DNA from: Negaprion brevirostris
Lineage: Eukaryota
DNA length: 64,000 nucleotides
Assembly (NCBI GenBank): GCA_030324005.1
Contig: JARDVH010000001.1
Span: 122,722,458 to 122,786,457 of the forward strand
Direction of reading: 5' to 3'
Shown: positions 47,718 through 61,110 of the stretch, piece after piece
Numbering within the stretch: position 1 is the stretch's first letter
Layout of the letters: every line of letters starts with the position of its first letter
The notes under the pieces: model-generated
The model's database searches: none
Told to the model about the DNA's origin: nothing
The model's input: only the letters and a program-made list of their open reading frames with translations
Made by a program: the position numbers and the translations under genes

Positions 47718-49994
47718 AGGTCGAGCCATCATCTTTTCTGTGAAATGGTTTCATCAGTACCTTTATGGTTTTTCATTCATTATGTGTACCAATCACAAGG
47801 CATTGATGAGTCTATCTGGTGAATGCAAGGATATTTCGCCCGTGGCCTCAGCACTGGGCTCTCATATTGTCAGCTTACAGGTATAACATTATGTATGGCA
47901 CAGTGAAGGGCAATGCAAATCTGCTGAGTCATCTTTCTTTATCAGACATGTGAACCAAGAATTTTTTTTTGTCCAGAGACAGTTTTCTTGCTTGGGAGAC
48001 TTCCACATTCTCCAGTGAAACCGTTTGAGCAGTTGATGGATGGGGATCTTGTCCAATTTTCTGGTGAAGCGATTTCTTATGCAGGAATGACCTGCTGTTA
48101 CTGAGGATGATGTATTGAGATCATATGCGTTGCGGGATGATGAGCTGAGTGTGTAGAATGGCTGTATCCTTTGGGGCCTAAGTCATCCATCCCACCCCCT
48201 GGTCATTCAGAAATCTTGGATGATATTCAAAAAGCTCAGCTGGGTGCCTCCCAAATGAAAGGTTTAGCCAGGTTGTATGTTTTGCAGCCTAATTTTGTGG
48301 GTCATGTGTGTCTTGTCATCGTGGATGAGCATTCTGAGTGGTTAGAGGTACATATCATGAACAACTTTACAGCTCCCATTATGATAGAAGCTATGCCAAG
48401 ATTTTGCAACTAGTTGGTTACTGGATTCTCTTGTTTCTGGTAAGGGTAGAATGTTTATAAGTGATTTGTTCCAAGAGTTCATGCAAGGCCATGAAATACA
48501 ATCTGTGCTGCTCTTTTTCATCCATCTTCAAATGGTTCAGCAGACCAAACTGTTTAGACACTGACAAAAGGATTTGGGAGAACGGGAACCAAGCTCACAT
48601 GGTCCTTGTTCCACTATTATATCACGCCACAAACAGGGCTAGCACCAATTTAATTACTGATGGATAGAAAGCCAAAATCTTAGCTGGATCTCCTACATCC
48701 AGATGTCAAAGCAAGAGTGAGACAGGAAAAGCAGAAGGAAAGACATGACTATCATGCTAAAGAGAAACATTTCAACCTGAATACCAGAACACTCTACATG
48801 GAGAGGCAGTAACCAATGATAGCTGCTGGGAGTTATTCTTCACCAAAGTGGTCCAGTATCTATTAGTGTTGAAACTGGCCAGTGAAAGAGTTGTTTGCAG
48901 ACAGCAGGATCATTTTCATAGACCCCTTGGCTCTGAGACATCAAAATTACCAGATAACATGATAGAAGGAAATACTGTTGTTGTCATTTGGCAGGAAGTG
49001 GTTGCCATTGTACAAGAACTTTCAGCGGACTCTATTGCGTAGGATGAGGGACATGTATGCACAAATACCTAACCTACTCTTGTACCCACAAGTCCAGCTC
49101 CACTGAAACAAACCTTGCCAGTGTCTACTGAGTCACCAATGGTACTGCGCAGGTCACAGCGTAGTTGCAAAGTTCCTGAAAGGCTGGCATATTGTTGAGG
49201 TGAGTTTAATCCTTACGGAGGATTGAAATTAAGTGGAAGAGAAGTGTTATAGTAAGCATCTTACTAATTGAATGTATGTACTGATGTTTTTAGCGAGTAT
49301 GAGCATGTGCAAATGATGTCATTAGTAGTGTGGGCGTTCGTGTGTTTAGTCATACCATGAAGCACTTAAGTAACTAGCCACCTCCAGATTTGAGTTCATG
49401 CTGTATTGTTCTTCAATATTTTTAGAAGATGACTGCATATCTCAAAGTATTTGGCTACCTTCTTGTGGACAAGTTACCACATTTTTATTCTTTAAATTTT
49501 GTTTGTAGAAATGTATATGCTTTGTTGTGCAAGTCTCGAAGTGTTCTATGCTTTAAAACTCACCTTTTCCAAACAATTAATATTCTCTCTGACAGCTTCT
49601 ATTAATGGAGGGATAAGATACAACAGTGGCAAGTGAGGGAGTTTGGACTCTTTCTACAGACTTGAACCCAGTGGGCCAACAAAACAAATGGAATTGACTG
49701 AAAATAAGTTAAGAATATGTGTTGGAATATGCACTGCAATATACATATAATCACTTGCATACCTCCACTTTTACCATACAAAGAACAAAGAACAACACAG
49801 CACGGNNNNNNNNNNNNNNNNNNNNNNNNNNNNNNNNNNNNNNNNNNNNNNNNNNNNNNNNNNNNNNNNNNNNNNNNNNNNNNNNNNNNNNNNNNNNNNN
49901 NNNNNGTTGTTGTTTTTAGAACAGTTGTACTTTTTTTCCTTTGCATTCTAGACCCTGAAGAGAATTGATTCACCAATTTTCTCCTGAGGTGCCA

Positions 49995-50408
49995 ATGGCT
50001 TGCTGAAATTTCATAGTTTTTGGTTCCTCACTCGAATTGGCACTTGGTCTGTTAAATTTCTCATCCTTGCTTTTCAGATCTGTCCATGGACTCGGCTCTC
50101 CTTCCTGCAGCTTTACATCCTCTGGAATCTTTGCACTCCTCTGATCACTGATTTTCTTTGCTTCACTATCGATAGCCATGCCATCTGTTACCTGNNNNNN
50201 NNNNTGCTTCCTAAGCTTCTCCACCTCTGTCTTTTGCTCCCTTCCTCTTAAGGTGCTCTTTAAAACTTCCCCTTTGACCAAGTTTTTGTTCACTTGATGT
50301 GGTATCTCATTATGTGGCTCATTGTCAACATTTACTTGATATTTTGGCAAAGGGCTTTGGGACATTTTTACTACGTTACTAGGCACTATATAAATACAAG
50401 TTGTTGTA
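49995..50408 (+). mobile_element. L2 LINE 3' end
   Basis: KFLILAFQ..HGL; 'taaggtgctctttaaaact...ctttgaccaag'; tail 'gctttgggacatttttactacgttactaggcactatataaatacaagttgttg'. Confidence 0.75.
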
Positions 50409-50944
50409 TTTTATTCATGTATAACTCTCATTGGGGAGGATAATCATGAACAAATCGCAGCTTAATCCAAACCTGTTGTTACCTGATACCTGCAAATGTG
50501 TGCATCTCTGGATAGTACCTCGAGCGAGATATTTTTACCCCCTTTGCTTAAAACGATTACTGCCAGAGATGATCTGTGTTTTACTTAAGACATGACTTCT
50601 GTGTTGTGTCTCGTGCCAATTTATTGTCTAATTGGTATTTTCCAGGGTGCAATCCATGGACCAGGTGTGTCATATGCATTTCTTTAATCCAGTCCACAAC
50701 ACCATGGCTAGTTCCCTCTTTGTACTATTGTCAAAGCCAACTAAAACCATCAAGTCATTTAAAATGAATGGGAGTAGGAAACAGGAAAATAATTTAAAAG
50801 GAGTGTCCCCAGTGACACATCCACAAAGGTGGTTTCATTCGAAATGCATCCTATGTCATTTTAAACCATATATGTATGCTTCCTGCAAGAGCATTATAAT
50901 GATGCACACTACAGATATTGTCAGGAACACAAATGATATTTATT

Positions 50945-51200
50945 AACCATTAACACTGCTGCTTCACTAGCATCAGGTTCACTTCCAGCCTCTGGTCACT
51001 GTCTGTGTGGAGTCTGCAAGTTCTCCCTGTGTGTGTGGGTTTCCTCTGGGTGCTGCAGTTTGCTCCCACACTCTAAAGATGTGCAGGTTAGGTGGATTGG
51101 TCCTGCTAAATTGTTCCTTAGTGTCGGGGGATTAGCAGGGTAAATGGGCCTGGATGGGATTATGATCGATGCAGACTTAATGGACTGTAGGGATTCTATA
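50945..51200 (+). mobile_element. HE1 SINE
   Basis: 'gtcactgtctgtgtggagtctgcaagttctccctgtgt...ctgtagggattctat'. Confidence 0.85.
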
Positions 51201-51714
51201 AACAAAGGAAAAATTGTACGGAAGTCAGCACCCACTCTTTGCCCTGGAGCTGCCCGCTGGATGCTTCAGTCCCTACATGCCTTCTGTGTGTCTTCTAGAT
51301 ATCCTCCGCCTCAGAGAGGACTCCACCCGCTGTGTGATTACCCAGTCTGTCCCAATTGGTGTCTCAAGCCATGTGACCCTCTTCTGCTGTGCTTTCCTTA
51401 AAGGGACAATCACCACAAGCACACAACAGTGAAGAACATTAAAGTAGTGCAAAGTGAGCGCTACTGGAGGTAATGATGTCAAACTGCCAAAACTTTTACT
51501 CCATGTGCACTGTAAGTTTAATGCTTAATAGGACTGTAAGATAGCCCTCCATTTTTATAGATGCNNNNNNNNNNNNNNNNNNNNNNNNNNNNNNNNNNNA
51601 GCTATATTTTGTTCTTTAAAACACCATTTACTTTCCTATTGTAAATCAGCCATAGCTTGAAAGTAGTCCACTCCAAACATTTGAGATCTAATCCCTTGGG
51701 TAAATGTTTTTAAA

Positions 51715-52246
51715 GAACAGGGGAGTTTTAGTTTGCTGGGTGCTATTTATCCCTCAACGAACAACATATAGAGACAGTGGGTGACAGAAGTGACAAATCA
51801 CAAGCAGCTGTTAGGAGAAAAATAATCAGTAATTAATACTAAAGAAACCCACAGTTATTACTTTACAAATATTGAATTTGTTTGGTTGATTCTTTAAAAA
51901 GTTTTGCTTTGTTGGTGGAGATTATGGGAGGCAAAAGAATCAGAGTTTATCAAGGATAGTTGAGGAATGTGGAACTCAACACAAACAGACCTATCATAAT
52001 CTTATTGAATAGTGGAGCAGGCTCGACAGGTCAGATATCCAATTTTGCTCCTATTTTGTATGGTTGTATTTAACACTTTTTTTAAAAAAATCTGGTTGTT
52101 GCTGTTTGTGGTTCCTTGATGTGTGTACACATCAAGGCATCACGTCATACCCTCAATGACTATACCTCAGAAGTATTTCATTGGTTGTAAGCATTTGGGG
52201 GCCTCCTGAGATAATGAAAGGTGTTGTATAATGGAAGGTCTTTCTT
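51715..52246 (+). mobile_element. Split DeuSINE remnant with an intervening CR1 3' end (~51900-52070)
   Basis: 'atttatccctcaac' Deu motif; 'gttgctgtttgtgg'; tail 'tttcattggttgtaagcatttgggg..tcctgag'. Confidence 0.55.
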
Positions 52247-52329
52247 AAAAGAGATTAATTACATGTGCATGAGAAGATTAACTACCAACAGTAAAGGATA
52301 CCCAAAAATCTTGCATAAAAGTATAAACT

Positions 52330-53780
52330 AGTGGAAAAATAGTCCAAAGGAAGTGTACAGCCGATTAAGAACCAATAAATAAATGATCTTGGAAATAGTG
52401 GGCTTGCCTGTGTATTAAATGAGTACTTTGCAACTCTCTGCATAAAACAAGAGGGTGCTGCCAATACCAAAATAAAGGAGGAGATTGAGAAACATAATAG
52501 CTTAAAAATAAGACAGGCTTAAAATTTAGGCAAAACTCAGAAATAGAAAACTCACCTGGACCAGATGGGATGTGTCCAGAGCTGCTCAGGAAAGTAAGGA
52601 TGAAAATATAGAGGCTTAGGCTGCAGTTTTCCAGTACTCCTTGGATATAGGAGTGGTACCAGAAGACTGGAAGATTGAAAATATTATATTACTACTAAAA
52701 TAATGGAGAGAGATAAACATAGCAATTTTAGGCCAGTCAGCCTAATGTCAGTGGTGGGGTAAGTTTTGAGACAACAATCCCAAATGAAATATGGATGAAT
52801 GAATGAAAGCCAGAATGGATTTGTTAAAGGCAAAATTAATGTTTGATTACCTTGAGCGTGTTCTTTGAAATAACAGAGGACCAGGGAAGGTAACTTGGTT
52901 ATTGTAGTTTTTGTGGACTTTCAAAAGGTGTTTGATAAAGTATCACAATATGCCGGTCAGCAGAATTGGAGTCTAATGGGGAATATAATTGATTAAGGAG
53001 TAGAAAGCAAAGATTAGTGGTAAATGGTGGTTCTTCAGACTGGAGGAAGAGAAATATATGGTTGTATTATCCATGGGTCAAAATTAGGTTTACATCTTTT
53101 TGGATGTGTATTTGATTACCTAGGCTTGGACTTACTAGGCATGATTTTCAAGCGAGACAAAACTTGAATGGAGTGAACAGGGAAGAGAGTAGTGACAGAT
53201 TTCAATAGGATGTAGAGTGAAATAAGATGACACATTTTTAAAGTTTTTGGTGCAGAGAAATGTGAAGCATTGATTTTGGTAGGAAGGGTAAGGCGAGGTT
53301 AGAATAAACAAAATGGCACAGTTTTAAATATAGTGTAGGAACAGAAAGTTCCTCAAGATTATGTACACAAATCTTTGAAGCTGAGATGAAAGTCTGAAGA
53401 ACTTTTCAAAAGTATATGGGATCCTTGGTTTTATAAATAAGAAGCATAGAGTACAAAAGCAAGAAAGTATGTTAAACTTTTTAACCCACTGGTTTGGCCT
53501 TAACTGGAATATTGTATTCTGTTCTGGGCACCAAGATTTAGGAAGGATGTGAAAGTTTTGGCTTAGAAAAGGTTCACAAGTTGGTTCCATAAGAGTATGA
53601 TGGAGGCAGATTCAGTCGACACATTCAAAATTGAATTGGATCATGATTTGAAAATGAAGAATGTACAGGGCTACAGCGAAAAGGCAGGCAGTGGCAGCGA
53701 AAGTGAACTCCTCCTGCAGAGGCCAGCACAAACATGACAGGCTCAGTGGCTGCCTTTTGTGTGATAATCATTCTATGATC
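52330..53780 (+). mobile_element. CR1 LINE ORF2 RT remnant + 3' end
   Basis: VLNEYFATL, SPGPDGMCPELLR, GVVPEDWK, NFRPVSLMSVVG, DFQKVFDKV. Confidence 0.85.
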
Positions 53781-53799
53781 CTTTTTGGGCACACCTTAG

Positions 53800-54320
53800 G
53801 AAAGATGTCAGCCACATAAATGCTGTGGCTACAAGGGCAGGGCAGAGGCTAGAAATTCTGCGGCAATTAATTCACCACCTGACTCCTCAAAACCTATATA
53901 CCTTTTACATGGCACAAGTCAGGAGTGTAGTGGAATACTCTGCACTTGCCTGAATGAGTGCAGCTCCAACAGTCAAGACATTTGAAATCAACTGCGATAA
54001 AGCAGCCCACTTGATTGGCACTCCATCCACCACCTTAAACAATTTTCTCCGCCAGGGGCGCAGAATGTGCTAGCTACAAGATACACTGCAGCAATTCACC
54101 AAGGCTCCTTCAACAGCACCTTCCAATCCCATGACCTCTACCACCTTGAAGGACTAACTGCATGTTCTGTTCCAAACCACATCGCATCCTGATTTGGAAA
54201 TGTTCCAAAATCTTTGAACTCTCCCTTGTAGCACTGGCACTACAGCTGTTCAAGAAGGTTGATTCTAGATTCTTTAGGGCAGTTAGGAATGTGGTGCTCG
54301 TATCTGGTGAAAGAATAAAT
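53800..54320 (+). mobile_element. CR1-clade LINE 3' end (second family)
   Basis: 'gcacaagtcaggagtgtagtggaatactctgcacttgcctg...gcagctccaaca'; same family as 19043-19490. Confidence 0.7.
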
Positions 54321-54399
54321 CGTGTTACAGGTGCAGAGAGAGTGTAGTGTACTAGAATGGTAATGTGGATTCAGGGCTTTAATTAAGTTGCGTGGAAAA

Positions 54400-54780
54400 A
54401 AGGCTTGCATTTACATCATCCCTTTCATGATGCCTGATACCCCAAAGAACTTCAGAACTAAGCATAATCTCAGTTGTAGTGTTGGAAACAAGGTAGCCAA
54501 TTCACACATGGAGCGTTTCTATAAATAGCAATGTGACTATGGTGTAGATGGAATGATGAATATTGGCTTGGACACCAGAGAGAACTTTGGATATGGTGTC
54601 ATTGGGGCCTTTAATTCCCGCTTGAGAGGTCAAACAGGGTTTAACACCTCATCTGACATCTCTGTCAATTAAGCACTCCCTCAGTTCTGCACGAGTGGCT
54701 GGCTTTTGTGCTTATGTCTGCACAGTGAGTCCCATACTCCTCTGACCCACAGGCAATGATGTTACCCATTGAACCACATA
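54400..54780 (-). mobile_element. DeuSINE, old copy
   Basis: 'cttgcatttacat' tail (reverse complement), 'aatattggcttggacaccagagagaact', 'gtttaacacctcatc', 'gcactccctcagt'. Confidence 0.65.
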
Positions 54781-54784
54781 TTTA

Positions 54785-55150
54785 AGGACTAGAGAGGCTG
54801 GGATTATTCTCGTTGGAAAAGGTTAAAAGGAAATTTTACCCATGTGTTCAAATTTGTGAACAGCTTTGATGGAGTAAGGAGAAACTGCTTTCAGCAGAAG
54901 GAAGGTTGGAGCTAGATAACACTGATTTTAAATTGATTGTCAAGAGCACCAGAAGTGACATGATATTATACAGGAAATTATTCTGCTCTGCCTGTAAGGA
55001 TAGTGTGAGCAGATTCAGTGGTAATTTTCAAAAAGGCGCTAAATACTTGAAGGGGAAAAAATTGGGCTACAGGGAAGGACCACGGGAATGGGATCAATTG
55101 GATAACCCTTTGAAGTACAGCAGGTCATTTGGCAGCCTCCTGTGTGGTAT
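54785..55150 (+). mobile_element. CR1 3' end, old
   Basis: LERLGLFSLEK.. motif and a degenerate CR1 3'UTR. Confidence 0.6.
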
Positions 55151-55907
55151 GACTGTCAACATCACTTGCAGAGGATGAAATGTTTGGCTGTTTGCAACTA
55201 TGTAATTAAGGATGGTTCAAGAACAATTATTTAAGAAAAGGTTTCAATTGGTCCAATAGAAATATGTCTAAAATCATTAATAGTTTTGAAGAAAATATAA
55301 TGATTTTAGTGTTATAAGATTTATTTGAATCAGTATTATCTTAATCAGTAAACTAAAACTTGGGAAAGGTAATGATAAATGCATTATATTTGTGCTGGAT
55401 TCCAGTTCTAACTGCTGATGTGTTAGGGTAACTCTAGGAGTTATATGCAGCCAGAAAATAGGCTTGTTCTGTTTTTGAATGGAACTGCTATTAATAAATG
55501 CTAGAGAAATCAGTCATTTGAAAACAAGCCTATGCAAACCTGAACAATTCAGTCTGAAATGTGGCAGCAATGAAGTTCAGCATTCATTTGAGAAAATGTT
55601 GTTTGTGTTTGGTATTGTATCTTTTTTGTGTTGGTAGATTGTGGTTATGTAGTCTGCTGAATAAATTTTTTACATTGTAAACTGGCATTAATGTAAAAAC
55701 CAGATCACGTACAAATGTTAAATCAAATCTACCTGTATAATTTAAACGTTGCTCAACTGAAAGATGTAACACCAAGTTGGACAAGCAAAGACAACTTTGA
55801 AAGAAGCTTCAATTAAGTTGAAAAGCAGGATTAGAAAATGCTTTCCCTGGGCCAGGAATTGCACCCTAATGTTTCCAAAGTAAAAATGATCTGTCTAACT
55901 GTTCTTC

Positions 55908-56153
55908 TTAGAATCATAGAAACCCTACAGTGCAGAAAGAGGCCATTCCATCCATTGAGTCTGCACTAAGGTGCAATTTAGCACGGCCAACGCACCGAAC
56001 CCACACATCTTCGGACTGTGGAATGAAACCAGAGGAAACCCATGCAGACACGGAGAACATGCAAACTCCACACAGGCAGTGACCCAAGCCAGGGATGGAA
56101 ATCAGGTCGCTGGAGTTGTGAGGCAGCAGTGATAGCAACTGTGCCACCATGCC
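55908..56153 (-). mobile_element. HE1 SINE
   Basis: 'tagaatcatagaaaccctacagtgcagaaagaggccattc' ... 'gtgaggcagcagtgatagcaactgtgccacc'. Confidence 0.9.
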
Positions 56154-56339
56154 TTCCAAGATGAAGTTCTTACAACTTCTTCCCATCTTGCTCCAATTGG
56201 CTCGCAGTTTTCTACCCACTTCAGTCTACATCCCATCTTTTTCCAATTCCTCACCTATTTCTTCTACCTTGTCTAAAACTCATCTCCTCCATAAGATCCG
56301 TACTTTACTCCCTTGGCCTCCTTTTGAATCAAGGCATTG

Positions 56340-57360
56340 CCATGCAATTCTTCTTCATGGGCTCAGACCAATTCACATCCAAGTGGTTTCCTCCCCAATG
56401 TTTCTCTTCTCCCCACCTACTCTCCACCCTCAATCCTTATGAAAATCATTGCCATTGCAGCTTCCTTGACGCACATCGAGAATTATGTTTTCTATAAGGA
56501 CTCATTCATCTCTAATTTTCCATCAGCCACCAACCCAAAATGTAATGCCTACCTTCTCCCTCTCTTCTGCAGCTACTTATTTGAAATTCTCCAATCTAAC
56601 CTTTCCCCTCAAAAGCAAACTGAAGTTACAAACTTTGTTCTTGGTGACCACGGTACACTGTCCTTATTTGACTCTTCCGCATTATTCAGTAGTTGTCCCT
56701 GCCTTTTTGTCTTGCTGCGTGGAGTGACCTTGTAAAGTTCTATTTATGGCTATCTGAATGCAATGGCATGTCTTTGGCAACTGCTTCAGTTTTTTCCCTT
56801 GCATTATCACTTACAGGACTTTGGTCCACTATTTTACTTTCGCAAAGATGTTGAGCATTGACATCTGCAACCACAAAGTCAGTTTTCACCCATTCGTTGC
56901 TCATTTCTACTTCCGCCGCCTTGTTCAATCTTTAATTGCTTATCTGTTTTTTAAGTCAAGTTGAGTTTTCAATTTCTCCACCTTGACATCTGGAAAATAT
57001 TATCCCTGATCCTCAAGATAAATCCCTGCTCCTTTGTCACTGACTCCACCCACTTCCTGGACATGCACTCAAGTTGAAGCAGATAATCCAGCTTGTTCAA
57101 ATCTCTGAACATATCCTGTCCTGCACTATGTGTACTCCCATATTCCTTTCAACTCCCTTTGATCCACAGTTGTTTGCAAAGCCATCAACTGTTTGAAACT
57201 TCTATTCAAATAGTTTGTTCACATTTCATAAGCCTGTTCCTTCAAAGACTTTTCATCCCCACCCCAATCTCCCCTCTTTTGGCTTGGCATTCTTTTTCAT
57301 TGTCTTATTTGTGAAGGATCATGGGGTGTTTGTTTTGTTAAAGTTGCTATATAGAAAACA
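56340..57360 (+). mobile_element. L2 LINE remnants
   Basis: Pyrimidine-rich L2-like RT relics ('ttatttgactcttccgca', 'gttgctcatttctacttccgc') and tail 'gttaaagttgctatatagaaa'. Confidence 0.5.
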
Positions 57361-57539
57361 TCGTACAGACCTTTGAATATGTAATTTTCCTGTGCACCAC
57401 TAATCAACAATTTACATCGTAAGACCTTGCATTTAATCTTTTCCCATGTGTGGGGGTGGGGGTGCGTAGTGTATTTCTAGAGAAAGGAATGAGGGGAGGG
57501 AATATTGGCAGTTAGGTAACACATGCCTTTAGGGACATG

Positions 57540-58410
57540 CACTTGTACTCCAAGATCTCTCACTTCATCTACCCCTCTTAATATATACCTATTTATTCTG
57601 TATTCCCTATAACTGACCATGCCTAACAGCACGACCTCACGCTTCTGTCACTTTACCGTCACTCCACCAAACCGTCTATATCGTTCTGGAGATTATAGCT
57701 ATCCCTTCATATCCACTACTCGGTGAATCTTTGTCATTTGCAAATTTTCCAATCCTGCCTCCACACCCCTCGCATTCATGTCCAAAATCATTAATTTTTA
57801 AATTAATTTGTGGGAATTGCTGGCTGGCTGGCCAGCATTTATTGCCCATCCATAGTTGCCCTTGAGAAGGTGGTGGTAAAGCAGCTCACCACTGCCTTCT
57901 TGAATCACTGCAGTCCACTTTTATATAGTTTGTATATAATACAAACACTAAGGATCCTAATATCAAGCCCAATGGGACATCGCTTGAAACAACTTTCCAT
58001 TTGTAAGGGCATCCATTGACCATTACCCATTGTTTTCTGTTACTAATTCAAATTTTTATCCAGTTTGTCACATTACCCTGTATACCATGGGCTTTCATTT
58101 TTTTTTTACCAATCTGCTATGTGGAATCTTGTCAAATGCTTTGCTAAAATCCATGTACACAACATCCACAGCATTACCTTCATCAACCCTCCTTGTCACA
58201 TCTTCAAAGGATTCAATCAAATTTCAGAGACAAGATCTTCCTTCAACAAATCCATGCTGACCATCCCTGACAAGCCCATGCCTTTCGACATGACAGTTAA
58301 GATTGATTCTACAAATTTGCCCGTCACCGATGTAAGACCAACTCACCGATAATTGTTTGGCATTTTCTTCAACCCCTTTTTAACAATGGAACCATATTTG
58401 CATTTCTCCA
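57540..58410 (-). mobile_element. CR1 RT remnant (with another LINE 3'UTR at ~57795-57920)
   Basis: Reverse strand reads HGFVEGRSCL.NLIESFEDVTRRVDEGNAVDVVYMDFSKAFDKIPHSRL. Confidence 0.85.
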
Positions 58411-58411
58411 A

Positions 58412-59395
58412 TGTTGGTTTGATTTGGTTTCCTTTGATTTATTATTGTCACATGTATTAACATACAGTGAAAAGTATTGTTTCTTTCACGCAATACAGAC
58501 AAAAACATACCATTTATAGAGAAGGAAATGACAGAGTGCAGAATGTAGTGTTACAGTTATATCTAAGGTGCAGAGAAAGATCAACTTAATGGAAGGTAGG
58601 TCCATTCAAAAGTCTGACAGCAGCAGGGAAGAAGCTGTTCTTGAATCGGTTGGTACATGACCTCAGACTTGTGTATCTTTTTCCTGAAGGAAGAAGGTGG
58701 AAGAAAGAATGCCCAGGGTGCCCTTAATTATGTTTTGCCAAGGCAGCAGGAAATGTAGACAGAGTTAGTGGATGGGAAGCTGGTTTGCGTGATGGATTGG
58801 ACTACATTCACTGTCTTTTGTAGCTCTTTGCAGTCTTGGGCAGAGCAGAAGCCGTACTAAGCTGTGGTACAACCAGAAAGAATGCTTTCTATGGTGCATC
58901 TGTAAAAGTTGGTGAGAGTCATAGCTGACACGCCAAATTTTGTTTGTCTTCAGAGAAAGTAGAGGCACTTGTGGGCTTTCTTAACTATAGTGTTGGCATG
59001 AGGGAACCAGGATAGGCTCTTGGTGATCTGGACACTTAAAAACTTAAGCTCTGACCCTTTCTACTTGATGTAAACAGGGGCGTGTTCTCCTTTACGTTTC
59101 CTGAAGTCGATGACAACCTCCTTTGTTTTTTTGACATTGAGGGAGAGATTATTGTTGCTGCACCAATTCACCAAATTTCCTACCTCATTCCTCTACTCTG
59201 TCTTGTCATTGTTTGAGATCTTGCCCACTACAGTGGTGTCATCAGCAAACTTAAAAATCGAATTGGAGGGGAATTTGGCACGCAGTCATGGTTGTATAAG
59301 GAGTATGGTGAGGGGCTGAGAACACAGCCTTGTGGACACCGGTGTTGAGGTTGACCTTGGAGGAGGTGTTGTTGCCTATCCGTACTGATTGTGGT
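58412..59395 (-). mobile_element. Rex1/Babar-type LINE (RT C-half + 3' end) inserted in CR1
   Basis: [29 protein letters not shown]; tail 'tttattattgtcacatgtattaac'; homologous to 46800-47717. Confidence 0.85.
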
Positions 59396-59790
59396 CCTCT
59401 AGCACCTCCCCTGTATCCAGCGAGGATTGGAAAACCATCCTCTGAGTATCTGCNNNNNNNNNNNNNNNNNNNNNNNNNNNNNNNNNNNNNNNNNNNNNNN
59501 NNNNNNNNNNNNNNNNNNNNNNNNNNNNNNNNNNNNNNNNNNNNNNNNNNNNNNNNNNNNNNNNNNNNNNNNNNNNNNNNNNNNNNNNNNNNNNNNNNNN
59601 NNNNNNNNNNNNNNNNNNNNNNNNNNNNTTCATTTAAAACCCTTTCCACAACCTCTGGACCTATACACAAGCCCCTTCTTCATCACTGATAGATCCTACT
59701 TTTTCCTGTTAGATTCTTTTATTCAGTAAAAACTATTAATCTGACTTGGGTACAGACAGCCCAACACCATTTAATTTTGACCCCTATCCC
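59396..59790 (-). mobile_element. Continuation of the CR1 ORF2 (linker region)
   Basis: EKVGSISDEERGLCIGPEVVERVLNE; FQSSLDTGEVLED. Confidence 0.7.
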
Positions 59791-60649
59791 TCCTTATTTT
59801 GTATTTTCCATGTGATAATAATGACGTAATGATCAGTTTTCCTCCAGGTATTCCATTCAGTTGCCTGTCTTTCGTCGGAATCTGGATTAATGCCCTATCT
59901 TTTGTTATTGCCCTGTATGTCCAATAAAGTATATTCTTAAAGCATTTTCCCTGACAGCATAAATTCTTCTTATCTTGATCTATCTTAAAAGGTAGCTTAA
60001 AGTACCTATTTTGCAACTTTATTAATACTACCAATCTTTCAAAATCTAAGCCACTATTTATTTTCTGTTGCAATGATTTGTAATGTACTCCAAATATGTC
60101 AATAGATTCTTTATTAAACATATTGAGATAGATTCTCAAGCTACTATCAGTGTACACTTTCTTTTCTTTATAGCTTTGAATTTCCTCAGCATTTATGCGG
60201 GCATAAGCTGGATGACCTGGGGGAAAAATGGTGGGGCTGGCCATACCGCTTCATGGTATTAGATGTATTTATATTTAATAAATATATTCACTTATATAGT
60301 GACATTATAAGATATGTTATTATGCAAGTTAGCCAATAATTTGCACCCTAACAACACTGCCGGCAAGAGATGGCCCTGCATCAGTGGGGTCCAACATTCC
60401 TGTGGGCTGTGAATTATTTTTCCTGATGTAGTAAATAACAAAATGATTAATTGCATTTTGCAAATCCTAAATTAATAAACTTACAAAGAAAAAAGTACCT
60501 TCACAGCAATTTTTCCCTACTATCATTTCAGTTGGGTGTCTCAGCATGCCTCGTCTTCAGTGTGGTGATAACTGTTGCCTGAGTTGGGAAAGCAGGTGAT
60601 TGGAAATGTTATTTCACTGAATAAATGTCTGCACTCAGGCTGGGAAAAA

Positions 60650-61110
60650 ATGAATAAAATGTCATCCATCCTTTTTTCCACTGTCTTTAATTCCATAAAC
60701 TTATTTCTAATGTATTGCACATTTACACAGAAACACAAATCCTGATACATTTATACTTTTCCCATTTTCATATTTTGCAAATTTTTAAACCCCTCCCATC
60801 CTGGCCTATTCTATTCCTTGCCAACATTAAGATAGTTATTTGAACAGCCTTTCTCCATTACTACTAATTTCCCACAAGCCCACGCATATTCAAATAAGTG
60901 GAACTCTCTCCTCTGTGCTAGATGAAGCTTTCTACACTTTCCTGCTTGTAGAGGTATTGAGAGTCTTTCTGTCTATCAGCTTTATTTGCCCTAGAGCTTG
61001 TCCCAATAGCCTGTGACTTTTAAACTACAATTTATACCACATTTCTAGGCATCCAGTGCATATAATCAGATCCCCTCTACCTCTTCGAATGCATACAGTG
61101 AGTAAATTTG
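60650..61110 (-). mobile_element. Very decayed CR1 5' region (ORF1 zinc-finger relic, EN start)
   Basis: 'SLYAFEEVEG..ICTGCLEM' resembles the CR1 ORF1 Cys motif; 'LCFCVNVQYIRNKFMELK' resembles the EN start LYLNARSIRNK..EL. Confidence 0.4.

Larger units (their letters stand above)
44436..49420 (+). mobile_element. Decayed Gypsy/Ty3 LTR retrotransposon (protease-RT-RNaseH-integrase, PPT, 3' LTR)
   Basis: Protease-like 'VQVDGKAIKIEV'; RT 'VPYAIKGKVEEELEQLQRLG', 'SQWAAPVV', 'ICGDYK', 'AVYLDDILITGKTEEEH'; RNase H 'CNASPYSVGA', 'FASPTLTPAERGYS'; integrase 'LVIVDEHSEWLEV'; PPT 'aagtggaagagaag' then LTR starting tgttat at 49245. Confidence 0.9.
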
